Origin: Balanoglossus misakiensis
Lineage: Eukaryota; Animalia; Hemichordata
Direction of reading: 5' to 3'
Assembly: GCA_040954595.2 (NCBI GenBank)
Contig: CM082596.2
Span: 3,341,025-3,405,024 of the forward strand
DNA: 64,000 nt
This document shows, piece by piece, positions 48,001-62,000 of the stretch. The notes beneath the pieces were generated by a model. It had not been told where the DNA came from, did no database searches, and worked only from the letters and a program-made list of their open reading frames with translations. Numbering within the stretch: the first letter of the stretch is position 1; each line of letters begins with the position of its first letter. The position numbers were made by a program, and so were the translations under genes.

Positions 48001-51000
48001 CCCATGATTTTTATCAAAAAATCACCAAATTTTGAAAATTCGCGAAGTCGAAAAATTGAGGTTTCTGGACGATTTTCATGAGCTATAACCCATGATTTTT
48101 ATCAAAAAATCACCAAATTTTAAAAATTCGCGAAGTCGAAAAATTGAGGTTTCTGGACGATTTTCATGAGCTATAACCCATGATTTTTATCAAAAAATCA
48201 CCAAATTTTGAAAATTCCGAAGTCGAAAAATTGAGGTTTCTGGACGATTTTCATGAGCTATAACCCATGGTTTTTATCAAAAAATCACCAAATTTTGAAA
48301 ATTCGCGAAGTAGAAAAATTGAGGTTTCTGGACGATTTTCATGAGCTATAACCCATGATTTTTATCAAAAAATCACCAAATTTTGAAAATTCCGAAGTCG
48401 AAAAATTGAGGTTTCTGGACGATTTTCATGAGCTATAACACATGGTTTTTATCAAAAAGTCACCAAATTTTGAAAATTCGCGAAGTCGAAAAATTGAGGT
48501 TTCTGGACGATTTTCATGGGCTATAACCCATGGTTTTTATCAAAAAATCACCAAATGTTGAAAATTCGCGAAGTCGAAAAATTGAGGTTTCTGGACGATT
48601 TTCATGGGCTATAACCCATGATTTTTATCAAAAAATCACCAAATTTTAAAAATTCGCGAAGTCGAAAAATTGAGGTTTCTGGACAATTTTCATGGGCTAT
48701 AACCCATGGTTTTTATCAAAAAATCACCAAATTTTGAAAATTCGCGAAGTAGAAAAATTGAGGTTTCTGGACGATTTTCATGAGCTATAACCCATGATTT
48801 TTATCAAAAAATCACCAAATTTTGAAAATTCGCGAAGTCGAAAAATTGAGGTTTCTGGACGATTTTCATGGGCTATAACCCATGATTTTTATCAAAAAAT
48901 CACCAAATTTTAAAAATTCGCGAAGTCGAAAAATTGAGGTTTCTGGACGATTTTCATGAGCTATAACCCATGATTTTTATCAAAAAATCACCAAATTTTA
49001 AAAATTCGCGAAGTCGAAAAATTGAGGTTTCTGGACAATTTTCATGGGCTATAACCCATGGTTTTTATCAAAAAATCACCAAATTTTGAAAATTCGCGAA
49101 GTAGAAAAATTGAGGTTTCTGGACGATTTTCATGAGCTATAACCCATGATTTTTATCAAAAAATCACCAAATTTTGAAAATTCGCGAAGTCGAAAAATTG
49201 AGGTTTCTGGACGATTTTCATGAGCTATAACCCATGATTTTTATCAAAAAATCACCAAATTTTAAAAATTCGCGAAGTCGAAAAATTGAGGTTTCTGGAC
49301 GATTTTCATGGGCTATAACCCATGATTTTTATCAAAAAATCACCAAATTTTAAAAATTCGCGAAGTCGAAAAATTGAGGTTTCTGGACGATTTTCATGGG
49401 CTATAACCCATGGTTTTTATCAAAAAATCACCAAATGTTGAAAATTCGCGAAGTCGAAAAATTGAGGTTTCTGGACGATTTTCATGAGCTATAACCCATG
49501 ATTTTTATCAAAAAATCACCAAATTTTGAAAATTCCGAAGTCGAAAAATTGAGGTTTCTGGACGATTTTCATGAGCTATAACCCATGATTTTTATCAAAA
49601 AATCACCAAATTTTGAAAATTCGCGAAGTCGAAAAATTGAGGTTTCTGGACGATTTTCATGAGCTATAACCCATGATTTTTATCAAAAAATCACCAAATT
49701 TTAAAAATTCGCGAAGTCGAAAAATTGAGGTTTCTGGACGATTTTCATGGGCTATAACCCATGATTTTTATCAAAAAATCACCAAATTTTAAAAATTCGC
49801 GAAGTCGAAAAATTGAGGTTTCTGGACAATTTTCATGGGCTATAACCCATGGTTTTTATCAAAAAATCACCAAATTTTGAAAATTCGCGAAGTAGAAAAA
49901 TTGAGGTTTCTGGACGATTTTCATGAGCTATAACCCATGATTTTTATCAAAAAATCACCAAATTTTGAAAATTCGCGAAGTCGAAAAATTGAGGTTTCTG
50001 GACGATTTTCATGGGCTATAACCCATGATTTTTATCAAAAAATCACCAAATTTTAAAAATTCGCGAAGTCGAAAAATTGAGGTTTCTGGACGATTTTCAT
50101 GAGCTATAACCCATGATTTTTATCAAAAAATCACCAAATTTTAAAAATTCGCGAAGTCGAAAAATTGAGGTTTCTGGACAATTTTCATGGGCTATAACCC
50201 ATGGTTTTTATCAAAAAATCACCAAATTTTGAAAATTCGCGAAGTAGAAAAATTGAGGTTTCTGGACGATTTTCATGAGCTATAACCCATGATTTTTATC
50301 AAAAAATCACCAAATTTTGAAAATTCGCGAAGTCGAAAAATTGAGGTTTCTGGACGATTTTCATGAGCTATAACCCATGATTTTTATCAAAAAATCACCA
50401 AATTTTAAAAATTCGCGAAGTCGAAAAATTGAGGTTTCTGGACGATTTTCATGGGCTATAACCCATGATTTTTATCAAAAAATCACCAAATTTTAAAAAT
50501 TCGCGAAGTCGAAAAATTGAGGTTTCTGGACGATTTTCATGGGCTATAACCCATGGTTTTTATCAAAAAATCACCAAATGTTGAAAATTCGCGAAGTCGA
50601 AAAATTGAGGTTTCTGGACGATTTTCATGAGCTATAACCCATGATTTTTATCAAAAAATCACCAAATTTTGAAAATTCCGAAGTCGAAAAATTGAGGTTT
50701 CTGGACGATTTTCATGAGCTATAACCCATGATTTTTATCAAAAAATCACCAAATTTTGAAAATTCGCGAAGTCGAAAAATTGAGGTTTCTGGACGATTTT
50801 CATGAGCTATAACCCATGATTTTTATCAAAAAATCACCAAATTTTAAAAATTCGCGAAGTCGAAAAATTGAGGTTTCTGGACGATTTTCATGGGCTATAA
50901 CCCATGATTTTTATCAAAAAATCACCAAATTTTGAAAATTCGCGAAGTCGAAAAATTGAGGTTTCTGGACGATTTTCATGAGCTATAACCCATGATTTTT

Positions 51001-53053
51001 ATCAAAAAATCACCAAATTTTAAAAATTCGCGAAGTCGAAAAATTGAGGTTTCTGGACGATTTTCATGAGCTATAACCCATGATTTTTATCAAAAAATCA
51101 CCAAATTTTGAAAATTCCGAAGTCGAAAAATTGAGGTTTCTGGACGATTTTCATGAGCTATAACCCATGATTTTTATCAAAAAATCACCAAATTTTAAAA
51201 ATTCGCGAAGTAGAAAAATTGAGGTTTCTGGACGATTTTCATGAGCTATAACCCATGATTTTTATCAAAAAATCACCAAATTTTGAAAATTCGCGAAGTC
51301 GAAAAATTGAGGTTTCTGGACGATTTTCATGGGCTATAACCCATGATTTTTATCAAAAAATCACCAAATTTTAAAAATTCGCGAAGTCGAAAAATTGAGG
51401 TTTCTGGACGATTTTCATGAGCTATAACCCATGATTTTTATCAAAAAATCACCAAATTTTAAAAATTCGCGAAGTCGAAAAATTGAGGTTTCTGGACAAT
51501 TTTCATGGGCTATAACCCATGGTTTTTATCAAAAAATCACCAAATTTTGAAAATTCGCGAAGTAGAAAAATTGAGGTTTCTGGACGATTTTCATGAGCTA
51601 TAACCCATGATTTTTATCAAAAAATCACCAAATTTTGAAAATTCGCGAAGTCGAAAAATTGAGGTTTCTGGACGATTTTCATGAGCTATAACCCATGATT
51701 TTTATCAAAAAATCACCAAATTTTAAAAATTCGCGAAGTCGAAAAATTGAGGTTTCTGGACGATTTTCATGGGCTATAACCCATGATTTTTATCAAAAAA
51801 TCACCAAATTTTAAAAATTCGCGAAGTCGAAAAATTGAGGTTTCTGGACGATTTTCATGGGCTATAACCCATGGTTTTTATCAAAAAATCACCAAATGTT
51901 GAAAATTCGCGAAGTCGAAAAATTGAGGTTTCTGGACGATTTTCATGAGCTATAACCCATGATTTTTATCAAAAAATCACCAAATTTTGAAAATTCCGAA
52001 GTCGAAAAATTGAGGTTTCTGGACGATTTTCATGAGCTATAACCCATGATTTTTATCAAAAAATCACCAAATTTTGAAAATTCGCGAAGTCGAAAAATTG
52101 AGGTTTCTGGACGATTTTCATGAGCTATAACCCATGATTTTTATCAAAAAATCACCAAATTTTAAAAATTCGCGAAGTCGAAAAATTGAGGTTTCTGGAC
52201 GATTTTCATGGGCTATAACCCATGATTTTTATCAAAAAATCACCAAATTTTGAAAATTCGCGAAGTCGAAAAATTGAGGTTTCTGGACGATTTTCATGAG
52301 CTATAACCCATGATTTTTATCAAAAAATCACCAAATTTTAAAAATTCGCGAAGTCGAAAAATTGAGGTTTCTGGACGATTTTCATGAGCTATAACCCATG
52401 ATTTTTATCAAAAAATCACCAAATTTTGAAAATTCCGAAGTCGAAAAATTGAGGTTTCTGGACGATTTTCATGAGCTATAACCCATGATTTTTATCAAAA
52501 AATCACCAAATTTTAAAAATTCGCGAAGTCGAAAAATTGAGGTTTCTGGACGATTTTCATGGGCTATAACCCATGATTTTTATCAAAAAATCACCAAATT
52601 TTGAAAATTCCGAAGTCGAAAAATTGAGGTTTCTGGACGATTTTCATGAGCTATAACCCATGATTTTTATCAAAAAATCACCAAATTTTAAAAATTCGCG
52701 AAGTCGAAAAATTGAGGTTTCTGGACGATTTTCATGAGCTATAACCCATGATTTTTATCAAAAAAATCACCAAATTTTGAAAATTCCGAAGTCGAAAAAT
52801 TGAGGTTTCTGGACGATTTTCATGAGCTATAACCCATGATTTTTATCAAAAAATCACCAAATTTTGAAAATTCGCGAAGTCGAAAAATTGAGGTTTCTGG
52901 ACGATTTTCATGAGCTATAACCCATGATTTTGATCAAAAAATCACCAAATTTTAAAAATCGCGAAGTCGAAAAATTGAGGTTTCTGGACGATTTTCATGG
53001 GCTATAACCCATGGTTTTTATCAAAAAATCACCAAATTTTGAAAATTCGCGAA
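36021..53053 (+). repeat. 88-bp satellite array, forward orientation (~194 monomers)
   Basis: Consensus TTCTGGACGATTTTCATGAGCTATAACCCATGRTTTTTATCAAAAAATCACCAAATTTTGAAAATTCGCGAAGTCGAAAAATTGAGGT. The period is 88 (CTGGAC at 36025, 36113...), with only a few differences per monomer. Confidence 0.99.
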
Positions 53054-56000
53054 TTTTTCGACTTCGCGAATTTTCAAAATTTGGTGATTTTTTGATAAAA
53101 AACATGGGTTATAGCTCATGAAAATCGTCCAGAAACCTCAATTTTTCGACTTCGCGAATTTTCAAAATTTGGTGATTTTTTGATAAAAATCATGGGTTAT
53201 AGCTCATGAAAATCGTCCAGAAACCTCAATTTTTCGACTTCGGAATTTTCAAAATTTGGTGATTTTTTGATAAAAATCATGGGTTATAGCTCATGAAAAT
53301 CGTCCAGAAACCTCAATTTTTCGACTTCGCGAATTTTCAAAATTTGGTGATTTTTTGATAAAAACCATGGGTTATAGCCCATGAAAATCGTCCAGAAACC
53401 TCAATTTTTCGACTTCGCGAATTTTCAAAATTTGGTGGTTTTTGGATAAAAACCATGGGTTATAGCTCATGAAAATCGTCCAGAAACCTCAATTTTTCGA
53501 CTTCGCGAATTTCCAAAATTTTGTGATTTTTTAATAAAAACCATGGGTTATAGCTCATGAATATCGTCCAGAAACCTCAATTTTTCGACTTCGCGAATTT
53601 TCAAAATTTGGTGATTTTTTGATAAAAACCATGGGTTATAGCCCATGAAAATCGTCCAAAAACCTCAATTTTTCGACTTCGCGAATTTTCAAAATTTGGT
53701 GATTTTTTGATAAAAACCATGGGTTATAGCCCATGAAAATCGTCCAGAAACCTCAATTTTTCGACTTCGCGAATTTTTAAAATTTGGTGATTTTTTGATA
53801 AAAATCATGGGTTATAGCTCATGAAAATCGTCCAGAAACCTCAATTTTTCGACTTCGGAATTTTTAAAATTTGGTGATTTTTTGATAAAAATCATGGGTT
53901 ATAGCTCATGAAAATCGTCCAGAAACCTCAATTTTTCGACTTCGCGAATTTTCAAAATTTGGTGATTTTTTGAAAAAAACCATGGGTTATAGCTCATGAA
54001 AATCGTCCAGAAACCTCAATTTTTCGACTTCGCGAATTATCAATATTTGGTGGTTTTTGGATAAAAATCATGGGTTATAGCTCATGAAAATAGTCCAGAA
54101 ACCTCAATTTTTCGACTTCGGAATTTTCAAAATTTGGTGACTTTTTGATAAAAATCATGGGTTATAGCTCATGAAAATCGTCCAGAAACCTCAATTTTTC
54201 GACTTCGGAATTTTCAAAATTTGGTGATTTTTTGATAAAAATCATGGGTTATAGCTCATGAAAATCGTCCAGAAACCTCAATTTTTCGACTTCGCGAATT
54301 TTCAAAATTTGGTGATTTTTTGATAAAAACCATGGGTTATAGCCCATGAAAATCGTCCAGAAACCTCAATTTTTCGACTTCGCGAATTTTCAAAATTTGG
54401 TGATTTTTTGATAAAAACCATGGGTTATAGCCCATGAAAATCGTCCAGAAACCTCAATTTTTCGACTTCGCGAATTTTCAAAATTTGGTGATTTTTTGAT
54501 AAAAACCATGGGTTATAGCCCATGAAAATCGTCCAGAAACCTCAATTTTTCGACTTCGCGAATTTTTAAAATTTGGTGATTTTTTGATAAAAACATGGGT
54601 TATAGCTCATGAAAATCGTCCAGAAACCTCAATTTTTCGACTTCGCGAATTTTCAAAATTTGGTGATTTTTTGATAAAAACCATGGGTTATAGCCCATGA
54701 AAATCGTCCAGAAACCTCAATTTTTCGACTTCGCGAATTTTCAAAATTTGGTGATTTTTTGATAAAAATTATGGGTTATAGCTCATGAAAATCGTCCAGA
54801 AACCTCAATTTTTCGACTTCGCGAATTTTCAAAATTTGGTGATTTTTTGATAAAAATCATGGGTTATAGCTCATGAAAATCGTCCAGAAACCTCAATTTT
54901 TCGACTTCGCGAATTTTCAAAATTTGGTGATTTTTTGATAAAAACCATGGGTTATAGCTCATGAAAATCGTCCAGAAACCTCAATTTTTCGACTTCGCGA
55001 ATTATCAATATTTGGTGGTTTTTGGATAAAAATCATGGGTTATAGCTCATGAAAATCGTCCAGAAACCTCAATTTTTCGACTTCGGAATTTTCAAAATTT
55101 GGTGATTTTTTGATAAAAATCATGGGTTATAGCTCATGAAAATCGTCCAGAAACCTCAATTTTTCGACTTCGCGAATTTTCAAAATTTGGTGATTTTTTG
55201 ATAAAAACCATGGGTTATAGCCCATGAAAATCGTCCAGAAACCTCAATTTTTCGACTTCGCGAATTTTCAAAATTTGGTGGTTTTTGGATAAAAACCATG
55301 GGTTATAGCTCATGAAAATCGTCCAGAAACCTCAATTTTTCGACTTCGCGAATTTCCAAAATTTGGTGATTTTTTAATAAAAACCATGGGTTATAGCCCA
55401 TGAAAATCGTCCAGAAACCTCAATTTTTCAACTTCGCGAATTTTCAAAATTTGGTGATTTTTTGATAAAAACCATGGGTTATAGCCCATGAAAATCGTCC
55501 AGAAACCTCAATTTTTCGACTTCGCGAATTTTCAAAATTTGGTGATTTTTTGATAAAAATCATGGGTTATAGCTCATGAAAATCGTCCAGAAACCTCAAT
55601 TTTTCGACTTCGCGAATTTTCAAAATTTGGTGATTTTTTGATAAAAACCATGGGTTATAGCCCATGAAAATCGTCCAGAAACCTCAATTTTTCGACTTCG
55701 CGAATTTTCAAAATTTGGTGATTTTTTGATAAAAATCATGGGTTATAGCTCATGAAAATCGTCCAGAAACCTCAATTTTTCGACTTCGCGAATTTTCAAA
55801 ATTTGGTGATATTTTTGATAAAAATCATGGGTTATAGCTCATGAAAATCGTCCAGAAACCTCAATTTTTCGACTTCGCGAATTTTCAAAATTTGGTGATT
55901 TTTTGATAAAAATCATGGGTTATAGCTCATGAAAATCGTCCAGAAACCTCAATTTTTCGACTTCGCGAATTTTTAAAATTTGGTGATTTTTTGATAAAAA

Positions 56001-59000
56001 TCATGGGTTATAGCTCATGAAAATCGTCCAGAAACCTCAATTTTTCGACTTCGCGAATTTTCAAAATTTGGTGATTTTTTGATAAAAATCATGGGTTATA
56101 GCTCATGAAAATCGTCCAGAAACCTCAATTTTTCTACTTCGCGAATTTTTAAAATTTGGTGATTTTTTGATAAAAATCATGGGTTATAGCTCATGAAAAT
56201 CGTCCAGAAACCTCAATTTTTCGACTTCGGAATTTTCAAAATTTGGTGATTTTTTGATAAAAATCATGGGTTATAGCTCATGAAAATCGTCCAGAAACCT
56301 CAATTTTTCGACTTCGCGAATTTTTAAAATTTGGTGATTTTTTGATAAAAATCATGGGTTATAGCTCATGAAAATCGTCCAGAAACCTCAATTTTTCGAC
56401 TTCGCGAATTTTCAAAATTTGGTGATTTTTTGATAAAAATCATGGGTTATAGCTCATGAAAATCGTCCAGAAACCTCAATTTTTCGACTTCGCGAATTTT
56501 CAAAATTTGGTGATTTTTTGATAAAAATCATGGGTTATAGCTCATGAAAATCGTCCAGAAACCTCAATTTTTCGACTTCGCGAATTTTTAAAATTTGGTG
56601 ATTTTTTGATAAAAATCATGGGTTATAGCTCATGAAAATCGTCCAGAAACCTCAATTTTTCGACTTCGCGAATTTTCAAAATTTGGTGATTTTTTGATAA
56701 AAATCATGGGTTATAGCTCATGAAAATCGTCCAGAAACCTCAATTTTTCTACTTCGCGAATTTTTAAAATTTGGTGATTTTTTGATAAAAATCATGGGTT
56801 ATAGCTCATGAAAATCGTCCAGAAACCTCAATTTTTCGACTTCGCGAATTTTCAAAATTTGGTGATTTTTTGATAAAAATCATGGGTTATAGCTCATGAA
56901 AATCGTCCAGAAACCTCAATTTTTCGACTTCGGAATTTTCAAAATTTGGTGATTTTTTGATAAAAATCATGGGTTATAGCTCATGAAAATCGTCCAGAAA
57001 CCTCAATTTTTCGACTTCGCGAATTTTCAAAATTTGGTGATTTTTTGATAAAAATCATGGGTTATAGCTCATGAAAATCGTCCAGAAACCTCAATTTTTC
57101 GACTTCGGAATTTTCAAAATTTGGTGATTTTTTGATAAAAATCATGGGTTATAGCTCATGAAAATCGTCCAGAAACCTCAATTTTTCGACTTCGCGAATT
57201 TTCAAAATTTAGTGATTTTTTGATAAAAATCATGGGTTATAGCTCATGAAAATCGTCCAGAAACCTCAATTTTTCGACTTCGGAATTTTCAAAATTTGGT
57301 GATTTTTTGATAAAAATAATGGGTTATAGCTCATGAAAATCGTCCAGAAACCTCAATTTTTCGACTTCGCGAATTTTCAAAATTTGGTGATTTTTTGATA
57401 AAAACCATGGGTTATAGCCCATGAAAATCGTCCAGAAACCTCAATTTTTCGACTTCGCGAATTTTTAAAATTTGGTGATTTTTTGATAAAAATCATGGGT
57501 TATAGCTCATGAAAATCGTCCAGAAACCTCAATTTTTCGACTTCGCGAATTTTCAAAATCTGGTCATTTTTTGATAAAAACCATGGGTTATAGCCCATGA
57601 AAATCGTCCAGAAAACTCAATTTTTCGAATTCGAGAATTTTCAAAATTTGGTGATTTTTTGATAAAAACCATGGGTTATAGCCCATGAAAATCGTCCAGA
57701 AACCTCAATTTTTCGACTTCGCGAATTTTTAAAATTTGTTGATTTTTTGATAAAAACCATGGGTTATAGCCCATGAAAATCGTCCAGAAACCTCAATTTT
57801 TCGACTTCGCGAATTTTTAAAATTTGTTGATTTTTTGATAAAAACCATGGGTTATAGCCCATGAAAATCGTCCAGAAACCTCAATTTTTCGACTTCGCGA
57901 ATTTTCAAAATTTGGTGATTTTTTGATAAAAACCATGGGTTATAGCCCATGAAAATCGTCCAGAAACCTCAATTTTTCGACTTCGCGATTTTTAAAATTT
58001 GGTGATTTTTTGATAAAAATCATGGGTTATAGCTCATGAAAATCGTCCAGAAACCTCAATTTTTCGACTTCGCGAATTTTCAAAATTTGGTGATTTTTTG
58101 ATAAAAATCATGGGTTATAGCTCATGAAAATCGTCCAGAAACCTCAATTTTTCGACTTCGGAATTTTCAAAATTTGGTGATTTTTTGATAAAAATCATGG
58201 GTTATAGCTCATGAAAATCGTCCAGAAACCTCAATTTTTCGACTTCGCGAATTTTCAAAATTTGGTGATTTTTTGATAAAAATCATGGGTTATAGCTCAT
58301 GAAAATCGTCCAGAAACCTCAATTTTTCGACTTCGGAATTTTCAAAATTTGGTGATTTTTTGATAAAAATCATGGGTTATAGCTCATGAAAATCGTCCAG
58401 AAACCTCAATTTTTCGACTTCGCGAATTTTCAAAATTTGGTGATTTTTTGATAAAAATCATGGGTTATAGCTCATGAAAATCGTCCAGAAACCTCAATTT
58501 TTCGACTTCGCGAATTTTTAAAATTTGGTGATTTTTAGATAAAAACCATGGGTTATAGCCCATGAAAATCGTCGAGAAACCTCAATTTTTCGACTTCGCG
58601 AATTTTCAAAATTTTGTGATTTTTTGATAAAAATCATGGGTTATAGCCCATGAAAATCGTCCAGAAACCTCAATTTTTCGACTTCGCGAATTTTTAAAAT
58701 TTGGTGATTTTTTGATAAAAATCATGGGTTATAGCTCATGAAAATCGTCCAGAAACCTCAATTTTTCGACTTCGCGAATTTTCAAAATTTGGTGATTTTT
58801 TGATAAAAATCATGGGTTATAGCTCATGAAAATCGTCCAGAAACCTCAATTTTTCGACTTCGCGAATTTTCAAAATTTGGTGATTTTTTGATAAAAACCA
58901 TGGGTTATAGCCCATGAAAATCGTCCAGAAACCTCAATTTTTCGACTTCGCGAATTTTTAAAATTTGGTGATTTTTTGATAATCGTCCAGAAACCTCAAT

Positions 59001-62000
59001 TTTTCGACTTCGCGAATTTTCAAAATCTGGTCATTTTTTGATAAAAACCATGGGTTATAGCCCATGAAAATCGTCCAGAAAACTCAATTTTTCGAATTCG
59101 AGAATTTTCAAAATTTGGTGATTTTTTGATAAAAACCATGGGTTATAGCCCATGAAAATCGTCCAGAAACCTCAATTTTTCGACTTCGCGAATTTTTAAA
59201 ATTTGGTGATTTTTTGATAAAAACCATGGGTTATAGCCCATGAAAATCGTCCAGAAACCTCAATTTTTCGACTTCGCGAATTTTCAAAATTTGGTGATTT
59301 TTTGATAAAAACCATGGGTTATAGCCCATGAAAATCGTCCAGAAACCTCAATTTTTCGACTTCGCGATTTTTAAAATTTGGTGATTTTTTGATAAAAATC
59401 ATGGGTTATAGCTCATGAAAATCGTCCACAAACCTCAATTTTTCGACTTCGCGAATTTTCAAAATTTGGTGATTTTTTGATAAAAATCATGGGTTATAGC
59501 TCATGAAAATCGTCCAGAAACCTCAATTTTTCGACTTCGGAATTTTCAAAATTTGGTGATTTTTTGATAAAAATCATGGGTTATAGCTCATGAAAATCGT
59601 CCAGAAACCTCAATTTTTCGACTTCGGAATTTTCAAAATTTGGTGATTTTTTGATAAAAACCATGGGTTATAGCCCATGAAAATCGTCCAGAAACCTCAA
59701 TTTTTCGACTTCGCGAATTTTCAAAATTTGGTGATTTTTTGATAAAAACCATGGGTTATAGCCCATGAAAATCGTCCAGAAACCTCAATTTTTCGACTTC
59801 GCGAATTTTCAAAATTTGGTGATTTTTTGATAAAAACCATGGGTTATAGCCCATGAAAATCGTCCAGAAACCTCAATTTTTCGACTTCGCGAATTTTCAA
59901 AATTTGGTGATTTTTTGATAAAAATCATGGGTTATAGCTCATGAAAATCGTCCAGAAACCTCAATTTTTCGACTTCGCGAATTTTCAAAATTTGGTGATT
60001 TTTTGATAAAAATCATGGGTTATAGCTCATGAAAATCGTCCAGAAACCTCAATTTTTCGACTTCGCGAATTTTCAAAATTTGGTGATTTTTTGATAAAAA
60101 CCATGGGTTATAGCTCATGAAAATCGTCCAGAAACCTCAATTTTTCGACTTCGCGAATTATCAATATTTGGTGGTTTTTGGATAAAAATCATGGGTTATA
60201 GCTCATGAAAATCGTCCAGAAACCTCAATTTTTCGACTTCGGAATTTTCAAAATTTGGTGATTTTTTGATAAAAATCATGGGTTATAGCTCATGAAAATC
60301 GTCCAGAAACCTCAATTTTTCGACTTCGCGAATTTTCAAAATTTGGTGATTTTTTGATAAAAATCATGGGTTATAGCTCATGAAAATCGTCCAGAAACCT
60401 CAATTTTTCGACTTCGCGAATTTTCAAAATTTGGTGATTTTTTGATAAAAATCATGGGTTATAGCTCATGAAAATCGTCCAGAAACCTCAATTTTTCGAC
60501 TTCGGAATTTTCAAAATTTGGTGATTTTTTGATAAAAATCATGGGTTATAGCTCATGAAAATCGTCCAGAAACCTCAATTTTTCGACTTCGCGAATTTTC
60601 AAAATTTGGTGATTTTTTGATAAAAATCATGGGTTATAGCTCATGAAAATCGTCCAGAAACCTCAATTTTTCGACTTCGGAATTTTCAAAATTTGGTGAT
60701 TTTTTGATAAAAATAATGGGTTATAGCTCATGAAAATCGTCCAGAAACCTCAATTTTTCGACTTCGCGAATTTTCAAAATTTGGTGATTTTTTGATAAAA
60801 ACCATGGGTTATAGCCCATGAAAATCGTCCAGAAACCTCAATTTTTCGACTTCGCGAATTTTCAAAATTTGGTGATTTTTTGATAAAAATCATGGGTTAT
60901 AGCTCATGAAAATCGTCCAGAAACCTCAATTTTTCGACTTCGCGAATTTTCAAAATCTGGTCATTTTTTGATAAAAACCATGGGTTATAGCCCATGAAAA
61001 TCGTCCAGAAAACTCAATTTTTCGAATTCGAGAATTTTCAAAATTTGGTGATTTTTTGATAAAAACCATGGGTTATAGCCCATGAAAATCGTCCAGAAAC
61101 CTCAATTTTTCGACTTCGCGAATTTTTAAAATTTGTTGATTTTTTGATAAAAACCATGGGTTATAGCCCATGAAAATCGTCCAGAAACCTCAATTTTTCG
61201 ACTTCGCGAATTTTTAAAATTTGTTGATTTTTTGATAAAAACCATGGGTTATAGCCCATGAAAATCGTCCAGAAACCTCAATTTTTCGACTTCGCGAATT
61301 TTCAAAATTTGGTGATTTTTTGATAAAAACCATGGGTTATAGCCCATGAAAATCGTCCAGAAACCTCAATTTTTCGACTTCGCGATTTTTAAAATTTGGT
61401 GATTTTTTGATAAAAATCATGGGTTATAGCTCATGAAAATCGTCCAGAAACCTCAATTTTTCGACTTCGCGAATTTTCAAAATTTGGTGATTTTTTGATA
61501 AAAATCATGGGTTATAGCTCATGAAAATCGTCCAGAAACCTCAATTTTTCGACTTCGGAATTTTCAAAATTTGGTGATTTTTTGATAAAAATCATGGGTT
61601 ATAGCTCATGAAAATCGTCCAGAAACCTCAATTTTTCGACTTCGCGAATTTTCAAAATTTGGTGATTTTTTGATAAAAATCATGGGTTATAGCTCATGAA
61701 AATCGTCCAGAAACCTCAATTTTTCGACTTCGAAATTTTCAAAATTTGGTGATTTTTTGATAAAAAACATGGGTTATAGCTCATGAAAATCGTCCAGAAA
61801 CCTCAATTTTTCGACTTCGCGAATTTTCAAAATTTGGTGATTTTTTGATAAAAATCATGGGTTATAGCTCATGAAAATCGTCCAGAAACCTCAATTTTTC
61901 GACTTCGCGAATTTTTAAAATTTGGTGATTTTTTGATAAAAATCATGGGTTATAGCTCATGAAAATCGTCCAGAAACCTCAATTTTTCGACTTCGCGAAT

